Origin: an uncultured virus (IMG/VR IMGVR_UViG_3300032163_000924)
Taxonomy: Duplodnaviria; Heunggongvirae; Uroviricota; Caudoviricetes
DNA: 20,000 nt
Reading direction: 5' to 3' (one strand)
IMG/VR virus record: IMGVR_UViG_3300032163_000924
The notes beneath the pieces were generated by a model. That model did no database searches. It saw only the letters and a list, made by a program, of their open reading frames with translations, and was not told the origin of the DNA. Each line of letters starts with the position of its first letter. Position 1 is the first letter of the stretch. A program made the position numbers and the translations under genes. Positions 7,994 to 17,022 of this stretch are shown one piece after another.

Positions 7994-10420
7994 ATGTATA
8001 AAATAAATGAAGTAATAGAGGCATCTAAGGAATATTTTGATGGAGACGAACTAGCTGCCAATGTGTTTGCTACTAAATATGCTATGAAGGATAAGAACGG
8101 CAGTTTTATGGAACTAACACCTACCGATATGCATCATAGATTATCAAAAGAGTTTGCAAGAATAGAAACAAAATTCGGTGGAGATAATGCCCTAAACGAA
8201 GCAGAAATTTTTACCCAACTTGATCATTTCAAATATATAGTTCCGCAAGGATCGCCTATGATGGGGATAGGGAATGATTATATTAAAATGTCACTTTCTA
8301 ATTGTGTAGTGGTAGCTTCTCCCAAAGATACAATGTCTTCAATATTGGAGGCTGGTAAGATGTTGGCGAATCTATATAAGGCTCGTGCTGGTGTTGGCAT
8401 TGATATATCGACTCTACGTCCAGATGGTGCATTTGTAAATAATGCCGCTGGAACATCTTCTGGTGCTTGGAGCTTTGCAGATTTTTTTAGTTACATAACT
8501 CGAATGGTTGGGCAATTTGGTCGCAGAGGTGCTCTTATGATTTCTATGGATGTAAGGCATCCAGACATAGAAAAATTCATTACCATGAAGCATGATAAGA
8601 CTAAGGTCACCGGGGCTAATGTATCAGTTAAGATATCTGATGACTTCATGAAAGCGGTCGAAAGAGATGATGATTTTACTCTTAAATTTCCAGTAGATAG
8701 TAATGATCCGAAATTCTCCAGAATTGTAAAGGCCAGAGATATTTGGAATAAAATAGTAGATTCGGCCACCAAAACTGCTGAACCTGGATTGCTTATGTGG
8801 GATAATATTTTAAAAAATCTTCCAGCCGAAAATTATGCTGATGTTGGATTTAAAACAGTTTGTGTTAATCCATGTGCTGAGATAGCTTTATCAGAATATG
8901 ATTCGTGCAGACTTATTTCCATCAATTTAAAGCATTTCGTAAAAAATAAATTTACTCCTAAAGCTACTTTCGATTATAACAATTTCAAAAAAGCAACATC
9001 CATAGCAATGAGGCTATCAGATGATTTGGTGGAACTAGAGATAGAAAAACTAAATAATATATTAAAATCTTGTGATACTCCAGAAGAAATTTCTCTTTGG
9101 ACTAATTTATTAAAAGCTTGTCAGCGTGGCCGTAGAACTGGATTGGGAACTCATGGGTTAGCAGATGCTCTGGCTTGTTTGAAAATTAAATATGATTCGG
9201 ATGAGGCTCTAGAAGAAGTAGATAAGATATACGAAACTTTAAAGATTAGCGCATATTCAGAAAGTATAGAGTTATCAAAAGAAAGGGGCAAGTTCGAGGT
9301 ATTTGATTGGGATAAGGAAAAGGATAATGCATTTATAAAACAATTGCCGCTCGATCTGCAAGAAAAAAATAAAAAATATGGTAGAAGAAACATCTCTATA
9401 TTAACCAATGCTCCGACAGGTAGTGTTGCGGTAGAATCACAATCAAGTTCTGGAATGGAACCTGTATTTAGAAATCTTCATATACGACGAAAAAAACTAA
9501 ATCATAATGAATCAGATACTAAGGTTGATTTTATAGATGAGGTTGGCGATAAATGGCAGGAGTTCAAAGTATTTCATCAAAATGTGAAAGAATATCTTGA
9601 ACTAAATGATTTAAATCAGAATGCCAAATTGCCTGACTTCTTTGTTGAGAGCGATAATATAAATTGGAATAGAAGAATAGAAATTCAAGCAGCTATACAA
9701 AAGCATATAGATCATTCTATATCAAGTACTATAAATTTGCCCAAAGGAACTACGCCAGAAGTGGTAGGAGAATTATATTTAAAGGGATGGAAATGTGGGC
9801 TAAAGGGAATTACAGTGTATGTTGATGGCTCTCGAAGTGGCGTATTAATATCTGATAACACTAAATCTACGGCCAAATTCGAGTACCATGATGCTTTAAA
9901 GCGCCCACAAGAATTGGAATGCAATATACATCACGCAACTATAAAAGGTGAAAAATGGACAATTCTTATAGGATTGATGGATGGGAAACCTTATGAAGTA
10001 TTCGGTGGATTGTCAGATTGTTTAGAAATACCAAAACAATATTCTGTTGGTAAAATTTGTAAACACGCATCAAGTACCAAATTAAAGAGTCGTTATGATT
10101 TGTTTTTTGGTGAAGATGGGGTTGTTAAGGATATAACCAAAGTCTTTAATAATGTAGCTAATCAGGTTCATACAAGAATGATCTCTTTGGCACTTAGACA
10201 TGGCACCAATCCTGAATTTTTAGCTAGTCAATTGCAAAAAGATGCGGATAACGATTTGACTAGTTTTTCAAAAGTAATAGCAAGGGTGTTAAAAAAATAT
10301 ATTAAAGATGGAACAAAGGTATCTGGAGAAAAAATATGTGGGAGCTGTAATCAAGAAGCACTAATTTATGTTGATGGTTGTGTCCAATGTTCTAGTTGTG
10401 GATGGAGTCGTTGTGGCTAA
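7994..10420 (+). CDS. nrdJ: ribonucleotide reductase, probably class II (B12-dependent), with C-terminal Cys4 zinc ribbon
   Basis: SLSNCVV, GVGIDISTLRP, RRGALM, ANVSV, AEPG, VNPCAEI, RRTGLG, TNAPTGS, SSGMEP, IDHSISSTINLP, LKGITVYVDGSR; ends CGSC...GCVQCSSCGWSRCG. No ATP cone and no nrdB in the window. Confidence 0.9.
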   Translation: MYKINEVIEASKEYFDGDELAANVFATKYAMKDKNGSFMELTPTDMHHRLSKEFARIETKFGGDNALNEAEIFTQLDHFKYIVPQGSPMMGIGNDYIKMSLSNCVVVASPKDTMSSILEAGKMLANLYKARAGVGIDISTLRPDGAFVNNAAGTSSGAWSFADFFSYITRMVGQFGRRGALMISMDVRHPDIEKFITMKHDKTKVTGANVSVKISDDFMKAVERDDDFTLKFPVDSNDPKFSRIVKARDIWNKIVDSATKTAEPGLLMWDNILKNLPAENYADVGFKTVCVNPCAEIALSEYDSCRLISINLKHFVKNKFTPKATFDYNNFKKATSIAMRLSDDLVELEIEKLNNILKSCDTPEEISLWTNLLKACQRGRRTGLGTHGLADALACLKIKYDSDEALEEVDKIYETLKISAYSESIELSKERGKFEVFDWDKEKDNAFIKQLPLDLQEKNKKYGRRNISILTNAPTGSVAVESQSSSGMEPVFRNLHIRRKKLNHNESDTKVDFIDEVGDKWQEFKVFHQNVKEYLELNDLNQNAKLPDFFVESDNINWNRRIEIQAAIQKHIDHSISSTINLPKGTTPEVVGELYLKGWKCGLKGITVYVDGSRSGVLISDNTKSTAKFEYHDALKRPQELECNIHHATIKGEKWTILIGLMDGKPYEVFGGLSDCLEIPKQYSVGKICKHASSTKLKSRYDLFFGEDGVVKDITKVFNNVANQVHTRMISLALRHGTNPEFLASQLQKDADNDLTSFSKVIARVLKKYIKDGTKVSGEKICGSCNQEALIYVDGCVQCSSCGWSRCG

Positions 10421-10477
10421 AAGAATATCATGGAACAAAAATAAGATAATAACAGAAATACTATTACTTGATAATAG

Positions 10478-10621
10478 ACAAGATATTATTGTAAGAAAAA
10501 TCTTCTACGTAAACATGGTATTAAGTTATTAGAAATACGATATGATGATCCACACACAATGGAATTTCTTAAGGACAAGATTAGTAAAAAGATAGGTAGT
10601 GGATATTCAAAGTGCAGTTAA
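10478..10621 (+). pseudogene. probable remnant of a Vsr/DUF559-like endonuclease C-terminus
   Basis: Startless frame after in-frame stops reads TRYYCKKNLLRKHGIKLLEIRYDDPHTMEFLKDKISKK. An EYHG fragment lies in another frame at 10423. Confidence 0.45.
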
Positions 10622-10782
10622 ACAGTTTAAAGATCGCATCAATACCAGATGGAATGGTTTTATATAATGACGGCGAAAAATGTGATTTATTACTCGGGCC
10701 ATGTAGCTGTGGTGCTTGGCATAATATTACCGATATTAAGAGGATCTATATTTTCTTTTTAACAGACAAGGGAGATTTATGA
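10612..10782 (+). CDS. small Cys/His-motif protein (56 aa from GTG 10612, or 42 aa from ATG 10654; not in ORF track)
   Basis: Reads ...MVLYNDGEKCDLLLGPCSCGAWHNITDIKRIYIFFLTDKGDL*. Its TGA overlaps the dut ATG (ATGA 10779-10782), like other coupled genes here. Confidence 0.5.
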   Translation: MQLNSLKIASIPDGMVLYNDGEKCDLLLGPCSCGAWHNITDIKRIYIFFLTDKGDL

Positions 10783-11282
10783 AAGTTAAAGTTGAATTCA
10801 AGAAGTTGTACAAAGATAGTATATTGCCGTCGAAGGCACATGAATCTGATGTTGGTTTTGATTTATATGTACATAGTGTTTCGTATGTAAATCAAAATGG
10901 CGTAATTAACGAAATTCCATATTATGCCGAGAGAGGGTTTACTTTAGAGTATGGGGAAAGGCTGTTAATAAAATGTGGGTTTGGTATGGCATTACCTGTG
11001 GGCTACGAAGCTCAAATTAGATCTAGAAGCGGACTTGCATTAAAACATGGTGTTTCTGTTGTTAATGGTCCCGGTACGATCGATCCCGGATTTCGCAGTG
11101 AAGTTGGAGTTATATTATCAAAAACAACCCATTTGCCAACTGATATTTTTGTATTTAAGGTTGGTGATCGTATAGCACAGATGGTAATACAAAAACTACC
11201 AGAAGTAGAGATGATGGAAGTGCAAGAATTATCTAACCCAAGTGAACGAGGAGCGGCCGGATTTGGAAGTTCTGGCCAATAA
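10779..11282 (+). CDS. dut: trimeric dUTPase
   Basis: Motifs VGFDL, RSRSGLA, GTIDPGFRSEV, GDRIAQMV and ERGAAGFGSSG. Confidence 0.96.
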   Translation: MKVKVEFKKLYKDSILPSKAHESDVGFDLYVHSVSYVNQNGVINEIPYYAERGFTLEYGERLLIKCGFGMALPVGYEAQIRSRSGLALKHGVSVVNGPGTIDPGFRSEVGVILSKTTHLPTDIFVFKVGDRIAQMVIQKLPEVEMMEVQELSNPSERGAAGFGSSGQ

Positions 11283-11297
11283 GTGTATATATAACGT

Positions 11298-11672
11298 ATG
11301 GGCGAAACACTACTTTGCAATTTATCAGATACTAATCAAGTAATAGATGATTTTAAAACCGAATGGACTACAAAGTTGCTATTAAAATTAGGTGTTGATG
11401 CCAGTATCATGAGTGGGCCAATTCAAGATTTCCGATATCATATGGAAGAAAAGGGTCTTGAAGTGGAGCTTAAAAGTAGCGGAGAAGTCAATATATATAA
11501 AAAAGTTTGGCATGAAGATACTAATCCAGAAATGTGTGGTTGGTTACCTCCCACCCAAAATCATTTAATAGCACAATGGAAGGAGCCCACTAGAACTAAA
11601 AGAGTGGATGGCAAAGAAGTATATTATGAAGTTGAATTAAATTATTGGAGTATGATTAAAATAGATGAGTAA
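11298..11672 (+). CDS. hypothetical protein, 124 aa
   Basis: ORF on the gene-dense strand. No recognisable family. Confidence 0.7.
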   Translation: MGETLLCNLSDTNQVIDDFKTEWTTKLLLKLGVDASIMSGPIQDFRYHMEEKGLEVELKSSGEVNIYKKVWHEDTNPEMCGWLPPTQNHLIAQWKEPTRTKRVDGKEVYYEVELNYWSMIKIDE

Positions 11673-12135
11673 TTTTTATGTTAAGAATAAGAAGGGCGAG
11701 TTTATTCCTATAGCACTTTCTAGTATTATAAATAAGGATTTAAATAATCGCCTAGTTATAGTGACTGTTGGTAGTGATAATTATAAAGCATCCGAAAGTG
11801 ATTTGGAACGAACGGAAGAAAGTTTTAATGATGCGCATCTTATTCAAGATATAGATAATATTAGTGTTATAATAACACCTTATCAGTTGAGTATTTCAGT
11901 AGAAGATAAATCTAAAATGGAGGATAAAAACATTTATATTCAAATATCAAGTGGCGATAATATAGATATGTTGGAAGAACAAGTAAAAAAAATATATAAG
12001 AAAATAAGAAAATCTTTTAATAATAAGATTGTTGTTCTACCATCGCCGTTGAAATTGAAGGACTATAGGCAAGTAAAAGAAGTTTTGAAGCGTTGTGAGA
12101 TACGACGAGATAAACGACGATCAAATATAAGTTAA
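11665..12135 (+). CDS. hypothetical protein, 156 aa
   Basis: Overlaps the previous ORF by 8 nt and has a basic C-terminus. No recognisable family. Confidence 0.7.
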   Translation: MSNFYVKNKKGEFIPIALSSIINKDLNNRLVIVTVGSDNYKASESDLERTEESFNDAHLIQDIDNISVIITPYQLSISVEDKSKMEDKNIYIQISSGDNIDMLEEQVKKIYKKIRKSFNNKIVVLPSPLKLKDYRQVKEVLKRCEIRRDKRRSNIS

Positions 12136-12156
12136 AGAAAAGTAAGTAAAAATTAT

Positions 12157-13467
12157 ATGCCGGAGAGAGTCCAAAATATGAAAAAAATATATGTGCTTGA
12201 TACAAATGTGTTAGTTCATGATCCAAGATCAATATTGGCTTTTGATGATAATGAGGTAGTGATTCCTCTAGTAGTTTTAGACGAAATAGATAAGATAAAG
12301 ACTGGGCAAGATGAAGTTGCCAGAAATGCGCGCTCAGTAATTAGAACCCTAGATCAAATGCGCGAGAAAGGTAGTATCAATGAAGGGGTTGTTACAGATC
12401 GCAATGGTCTGATTAGAATTGAGCTAAATCATCGTGATTGTATTCCTGCAGATTTAGATCCACAAAAAGCAGATAATAGAATAATTAGCGTAGCCATTGG
12501 ATTAATGAGAGAACACCCAGATAGAAGAGTGTCTGTAGTTACTAAAGATATTAATCTGAGAGTTAAGTGTGATGCTCTTAAAGTATTGGCCGAAGATTAT
12601 GATACGGATGCTGTAGTAGATAATCCAAATTCTATTTATACTGGTTGCGCAGATATATTTTTAGATTCGGCAAAGTTAAATAGTCTTAATTTGAATGGGG
12701 TATTAGAATATCCAGAGAGTAAATTTTATCCAAACCAATACATATGGGCTAAGTCTGAAATACCAAAGCATACTGCACTGGCTAAATACAAAGGCGGGAA
12801 TCTTGTAAAAACAGCAGGCATTAATGATGTGTGGGGAATAAGTCCAAGGAACAAGGAACAGGCATTTGCTATTGACGCATTATTTGATCCAAGTATTAAG
12901 TTAGTTACTATGATAGGGCGCGCTGGTTCTGGAAAAACTCTATTGGCCACCGCAGCTGGTATAGCCCAAATGATAGATACACATTTGTATAAAAAACTTA
13001 TAATGACCAGACCAATCCAGCCATTAGGAAGGGATATTGGGTTTTTGCCTGGTGATATTAATGAAAAGATGAAGCCATGGATTGCACCTTTAGAAGATAA
13101 CTTATCATTAGTTTTTTCTGAGAAGGGCGGTCATTATATGGAAATGCTCAAGGAAACTGGACAAATAGAGATTGAAGCTATTACTTATATAAGAGGCCGT
13201 TCAATCCCACGTTCCTTTATAATAGTAGATGAATGCCAAAATCTTACTTTGCACGAGGCTAAAACAATATTGACTCGAGTGGGAGAAGGCTCAAAGGTTG
13301 TATTGACTGGCGATATTCTTCAAATAGATAATCCTTATATTGATGCTGTAGATAATGGTTTATCTTGTATTATAGAGAAATTTAAGCATACAGATATAGC
13401 CGCTCATATTACTTTAGTGAAAGGGGAAAGATCACAATTAGCAACTATGGCAGCAGAAATACTATGA
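12157..13467 (+). CDS. phoH: PIN-PhoH fusion protein (PhoH2/YlaK type); start may be ATG 12178
   Basis: PIN domain motifs YVLDTNVL, LDEID, ADNRI and TKDINLR. PhoH ATPase motifs PRNKEQ, GRAGSGKT, IGFLPGD, YIRGRS, IVDECQN, TRVGEGSK, GDILQID and ERSQLA. Confidence 0.94.
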   Translation: MPERVQNMKKIYVLDTNVLVHDPRSILAFDDNEVVIPLVVLDEIDKIKTGQDEVARNARSVIRTLDQMREKGSINEGVVTDRNGLIRIELNHRDCIPADLDPQKADNRIISVAIGLMREHPDRRVSVVTKDINLRVKCDALKVLAEDYDTDAVVDNPNSIYTGCADIFLDSAKLNSLNLNGVLEYPESKFYPNQYIWAKSEIPKHTALAKYKGGNLVKTAGINDVWGISPRNKEQAFAIDALFDPSIKLVTMIGRAGSGKTLLATAAGIAQMIDTHLYKKLIMTRPIQPLGRDIGFLPGDINEKMKPWIAPLEDNLSLVFSEKGGHYMEMLKETGQIEIEAITYIRGRSIPRSFIIVDECQNLTLHEAKTILTRVGEGSKVVLTGDILQIDNPYIDAVDNGLSCIIEKFKHTDIAAHITLVKGERSQLATMAAEIL

Positions 13468-14705
13468 TAACATATGAATGTTTTTTATGTCATAAAAATT
13501 TCAAAAGATATAAATCACATATTAGGCACCCTAAAAGATTTTTTTGTTCAGTGAAGTGTAGAAATAAGCAAGATTCTTTGGATGGGTTATTTAGAATAAA
13601 ACAACAGGTTAATAAAGTACATAGAGGAAAGGTTAAGCTTGTCGATTCTACCTATACTAATACAAGGAATAGGTGTAAATTTATAGATAAAGATTTTGGC
13701 ATTTGGTTCGCTTTTCCGACGAATGTAGCTGGAGGTACTGGGAATCCAAAACGATGGAAGGGCAAGCAAAAATTAGATATTGCTGAAGTTAAAAAAAGAA
13801 TAAAGATGGCTCATAATAATACAATAACAATAGTGGAAAATACCTATATTGATATGAATACAAAATGTAAATTTAAAGACAAAGATTTTGGTATTTGGTC
13901 AGCTCGCCCATCGGATGTATGCAATGGTAGTGAAAACATGATAAGAAAAAATAAATTTTTGAACAAAGATAAAACTATACCCATAAATGAGGTTAAAAAA
14001 AGAATTAAAAAAGTTCATGGAAATGTAATAAACATAGACGAATCTACTTACACAAAAATATCATCTAAGGCAAAATTTATAGATAAAGATTACGGAGAAT
14101 GGTTTGCGACCCCAGCAAGTATAATATTGGGACAATCGCACAAAAAGAGAGGTCTAGCAAATAGATCAGAAGAGCAAAAGTTACAAATTAAAGATCTGAA
14201 AAAACGTTTAAAAAAGAAACACAAGGATGAAATAAAAATAGTTGAATGTACTTATATAAATGCTCATTCGAAAGCAAAATTTGTAGATAAGACCTATGGT
14301 ACGTGGTGGACTGTGCCAAGTTATGTACTTAGTGGATCAGGACATCCAGATGGATCTTGGGAAAGACAAGCTAAAACAGTAAATAATTATTATATTCTAA
14401 AGCATTGGAAAACTGGACAAGAATTGGTTTGCGTGGCTTCTTATGAAAAAGCAGTAGTTGAATATTTAAATATCAACAAAATAAATTTTAGATGGCAGTC
14501 TAAAATATTTAAAATGCCAGATGGACATACCTATAGGCCTGATATGTATTTGTTCTCCTCCAAAAAATGGATAGAAATCAAGGGATACTTTAGGAAAGAT
14601 GCTAAAAAGAAATGGGATTGGTTTCATAAAGAATATCCTAATTCTGAATTATGGCATGAAAAGAAATTAAAGAAAATGAGGATATTAAAAAATGATAGCC
14701 AATAG
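13464..14705 (+). CDS. free-standing putative homing endonuclease: N-terminal C2-C2 finger, four 64-68 aa repeats, C-terminal PD-(D/E)xK nuclease
   Basis: CFLC...FCSVKC, then four units of K..H....I...TY.....K.KF.DK.[FY]G.W...P, then SYEK...YRPDMY...WIEIKG. Overlaps phoH (ATGA) and rnhB (14 nt). Confidence 0.8.
   Translation: MITYECFLCHKNFKRYKSHIRHPKRFFCSVKCRNKQDSLDGLFRIKQQVNKVHRGKVKLVDSTYTNTRNRCKFIDKDFGIWFAFPTNVAGGTGNPKRWKGKQKLDIAEVKKRIKMAHNNTITIVENTYIDMNTKCKFKDKDFGIWSARPSDVCNGSENMIRKNKFLNKDKTIPINEVKKRIKKVHGNVINIDESTYTKISSKAKFIDKDYGEWFATPASIILGQSHKKRGLANRSEEQKLQIKDLKKRLKKKHKDEIKIVECTYINAHSKAKFVDKTYGTWWTVPSYVLSGSGHPDGSWERQAKTVNNYYILKHWKTGQELVCVASYEKAVVEYLNINKINFRWQSKIFKMPDGHTYRPDMYLFSSKKWIEIKGYFRKDAKKKWDWFHKEYPNSELWHEKKLKKMRILKNDSQ
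13590..14351 (+). repeat. four tandem protein-level repeats of 64-68 aa
   Basis: Conserved His at residues 53, 117, 185 and 253. Cores are KFIDKDFGIW, KFKDKDFGIW, KFIDKDYGEW and KFVDKTYGTW. Confidence 0.9.
14403..14654 (+). repeat. dispersed repeat copy 2 (nuclease domain), paralogous to 2722-2973
   Basis: Same ungapped alignment as copy 1, from HWKT to PNSELW. Confidence 0.95.
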
Positions 14706-15306
14706 AGATGAAGAGGATATACTTGCAAAAAAAGGGTATAAGTATATTGGAGGATGTGATGAAAGTGGTATGGGATGTCTTGCAGCAGATGTATATGTGG
14801 GTATAGTTATATTTCCTGCGAATATAGACTTTAAAAAATTAATGCCAGGGCTAAATGATTCAAAGCAGAAAACAACAGTTCAAAGAAATATATTATACGA
14901 GCAAATAAAATTATGTGCTTTGGATTGGACTTTTGCGTCTGCTTCAGTTCAAGAAATAGACGAACTTAACATATATTGGGCCAGATTTTTGGCAGTCAAA
15001 AGGGCAATGGAACAACTTAAAATAAAACCAGATTATATGCTTATGGATGGCAATAAAAATATCCCAGATATTACTATACCACAACATGCCATAGTTAAGG
15101 GTGATGCAAAAAGCATCAGTATCGCTGCTGCATCTATTATTGCCAAAGTAGAGAGAGACAGGCATATAGATGCTTTAGCTACTTTGGTTCATGAAGATTA
15201 TGATTGGATTCATAACAAATCATATTATTGCGAAAAACACATAGAAGCTATTAAAAAACATGGCAAAACTCAATGGCATAGACGTAAATATGTAGATAAA
15301 TATTAA
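14692..15306 (+). CDS. rnhB: ribonuclease HII
   Basis: GCDESGMGCLA, GLNDSK, EIDELNI, LMDGN, VKGDAKSISIAAASIIAKVERD and H..AIKKHG....HR. Confidence 0.93.
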   Translation: MIANRDEEDILAKKGYKYIGGCDESGMGCLAADVYVGIVIFPANIDFKKLMPGLNDSKQKTTVQRNILYEQIKLCALDWTFASASVQEIDELNIYWARFLAVKRAMEQLKIKPDYMLMDGNKNIPDITIPQHAIVKGDAKSISIAAASIIAKVERDRHIDALATLVHEDYDWIHNKSYYCEKHIEAIKKHGKTQWHRRKYVDKY

Positions 15307-15317
15307 AGGAGAGTGTT

Positions 15318-15620
15318 ATGGAAGATATTAGTAAACTTGGTATGGCGGATTTACATGCGCTTTATTTGTTTGTTAAGGGCTTGGAGAATAAACCATTTTC
15401 TATGTCTTTGGCAAGCAATTTAGCCCAAAACCAAATTAAAACATTAGTTAGGCAAAAATCTATTATTATTGAAGAGGAACTTATGCAAAGAACTTTTGGC
15501 GAGAATATATTTGATAGACTTACTATTAAAGGCATGAAGCCAGAAGATATAGATCTTAAAAAATTTGAGAAACCCGAAGGCGTAGAGACATTTATAGTTA
15601 GTAAGCCAGAGCCAAAATAA
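15318..15620 (+). CDS. hypothetical protein, 100 aa
   Basis: AAGGAG RBS; fills the gap between rnhB and tmk. Confidence 0.7.
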   Translation: MEDISKLGMADLHALYLFVKGLENKPFSMSLASNLAQNQIKTLVRQKSIIIEEELMQRTFGENIFDRLTIKGMKPEDIDLKKFEKPEGVETFIVSKPEPK

Positions 15621-15621
15621 A

Positions 15622-16242
15622 ATGTTTATTTCTTTTGATGGTGTCGAAGGTGCATCAAAAACAACTCAAGCAAAATTATTATCTACTTGGTTATCACAAA
15701 ATTATATGTCACATGTTTTGACAAAAGAACCTGGTGATCCTAATATAGAGGAATGTAAGATTATAAGAGAAATACTTCTAAACCCCAAGCACAATATATC
15801 CGCCAAGACCGAGTTTTTATTATATTTGGCCGATCGCGCCGCGCATGTAGATAAATGCATAAAGCCGGCACTAGACAAAAGACAATGGGTTATATGTGAT
15901 AGATATGTAGATAGCACTCGTATATATCAGGGTATCGGTAGAGGGCTTGGTGTTGATGAAATATGGCCTATGATTAATTTTTCATCGCAAGGTATAATGC
16001 CAGATATAACATTTATAATGGATATTCCGGTTGAGTTTGGTTTGAAAAGAGCTAGAACGTCTAATAGAGAATTTATTAATGGCGACCGGCTGGAGAATGA
16101 ACAAATATCCTTTCATATAAAATTAAGACAAGCTTTTTTGGATTTGGCTGAGACTCACAATAGATATATAGTATTAGATGCAACAAAATCTATAAATGAA
16201 TTACATGAGGAAATAAAGAACATTATTTCGAAATACCTATGA
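15622..16242 (+). CDS. tmk: thymidylate (dTMP) kinase
   Basis: [49 protein letters not shown] and DRLE. Confidence 0.93.
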   Translation: MFISFDGVEGASKTTQAKLLSTWLSQNYMSHVLTKEPGDPNIEECKIIREILLNPKHNISAKTEFLLYLADRAAHVDKCIKPALDKRQWVICDRYVDSTRIYQGIGRGLGVDEIWPMINFSSQGIMPDITFIMDIPVEFGLKRARTSNREFINGDRLENEQISFHIKLRQAFLDLAETHNRYIVLDATKSINELHEEIKNIISKYL

Positions 16243-17021
16243 AGCAATATTTAGATACCTTGCGCCTTATATTGGGAACTGGAACCAAGCGCGATGATAG
16301 AACTGGTGTTGGAACTATAAGTGTATTTGGGTTACAAATGCGATATAACTTGTCTGATCGGTTTCCTATGATTACTACTAAGAAAGTTTGGTTTAAGGGA
16401 ATTGTTCATGAATTGCTTTGGTTTTTGAAAGGCGATACAAATATAAAATATTTAACAGATAATGGAGTTCATATATGGGATGAATGGGCTCGCGACGATG
16501 GTGACCTTGGGCCAATTTACGGGAAGCAATGGCGAGGTGGACGGGGAAAGACAGATCAAATAAAAAATATAATAGATTCTATAAAATATAATCCATATTC
16601 ACGTCGTCATATAGTATCTGCCTGGAATGTGGGAGAGATTAGCGAAATGGCATTACCACCATGCCATTATAGTTTTCAATTTTATATAGATAATAAAAAA
16701 CTGTCTTGTATGTTTAATATGAGGAGCTGTGATATTTTCTTAGGAGCACCATTCAATATAGCTTCTTATGCACTACTAACTCATATGATAGCGCAAGTTT
16801 GTGATTTGGAAGTAGGTACGCTAATAATGTCAATAGGAGATGCACATATGTATAATAATCACATGGATCAGGTTGTGGAGCAGTTATTAAGAGAGCCAAT
16901 GGAATTGCCTAGATTATGGTTAAATCCTACAATAAAGGATATCGACGCGTTTAAATACGAAGATATAAAATTGCTTGATTATAAAAGTCACCCAGCAATA
17001 AGTGCTCCGATAGCTGTATAA
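16239..17021 (+). CDS. thyA: thymidylate synthase ThyA
   Basis: [64 protein letters not shown] and GDAHMYNNH. Confidence 0.97.
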   Translation: MKQYLDTLRLILGTGTKRDDRTGVGTISVFGLQMRYNLSDRFPMITTKKVWFKGIVHELLWFLKGDTNIKYLTDNGVHIWDEWARDDGDLGPIYGKQWRGGRGKTDQIKNIIDSIKYNPYSRRHIVSAWNVGEISEMALPPCHYSFQFYIDNKKLSCMFNMRSCDIFLGAPFNIASYALLTHMIAQVCDLEVGTLIMSIGDAHMYNNHMDQVVEQLLREPMELPRLWLNPTIKDIDAFKYEDIKLLDYKSHPAISAPIAV

Positions 17022-17022
17022 A

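Noticed and set aside
2722..14654. The 252-nt duplicated segment as a DGR template/variable repeat pair or an assembly artefact
   Set aside because: Differences are mostly synonymous third-position changes involving all bases, not adenine-specific, and about 17% divergence excludes an assembly duplicate.
16239..17021. thyA as a base-modifying hydroxymethylase
   Set aside because: The sequence is canonical ThyA with the dUMP-specifying Asn, and it is paired with folA.
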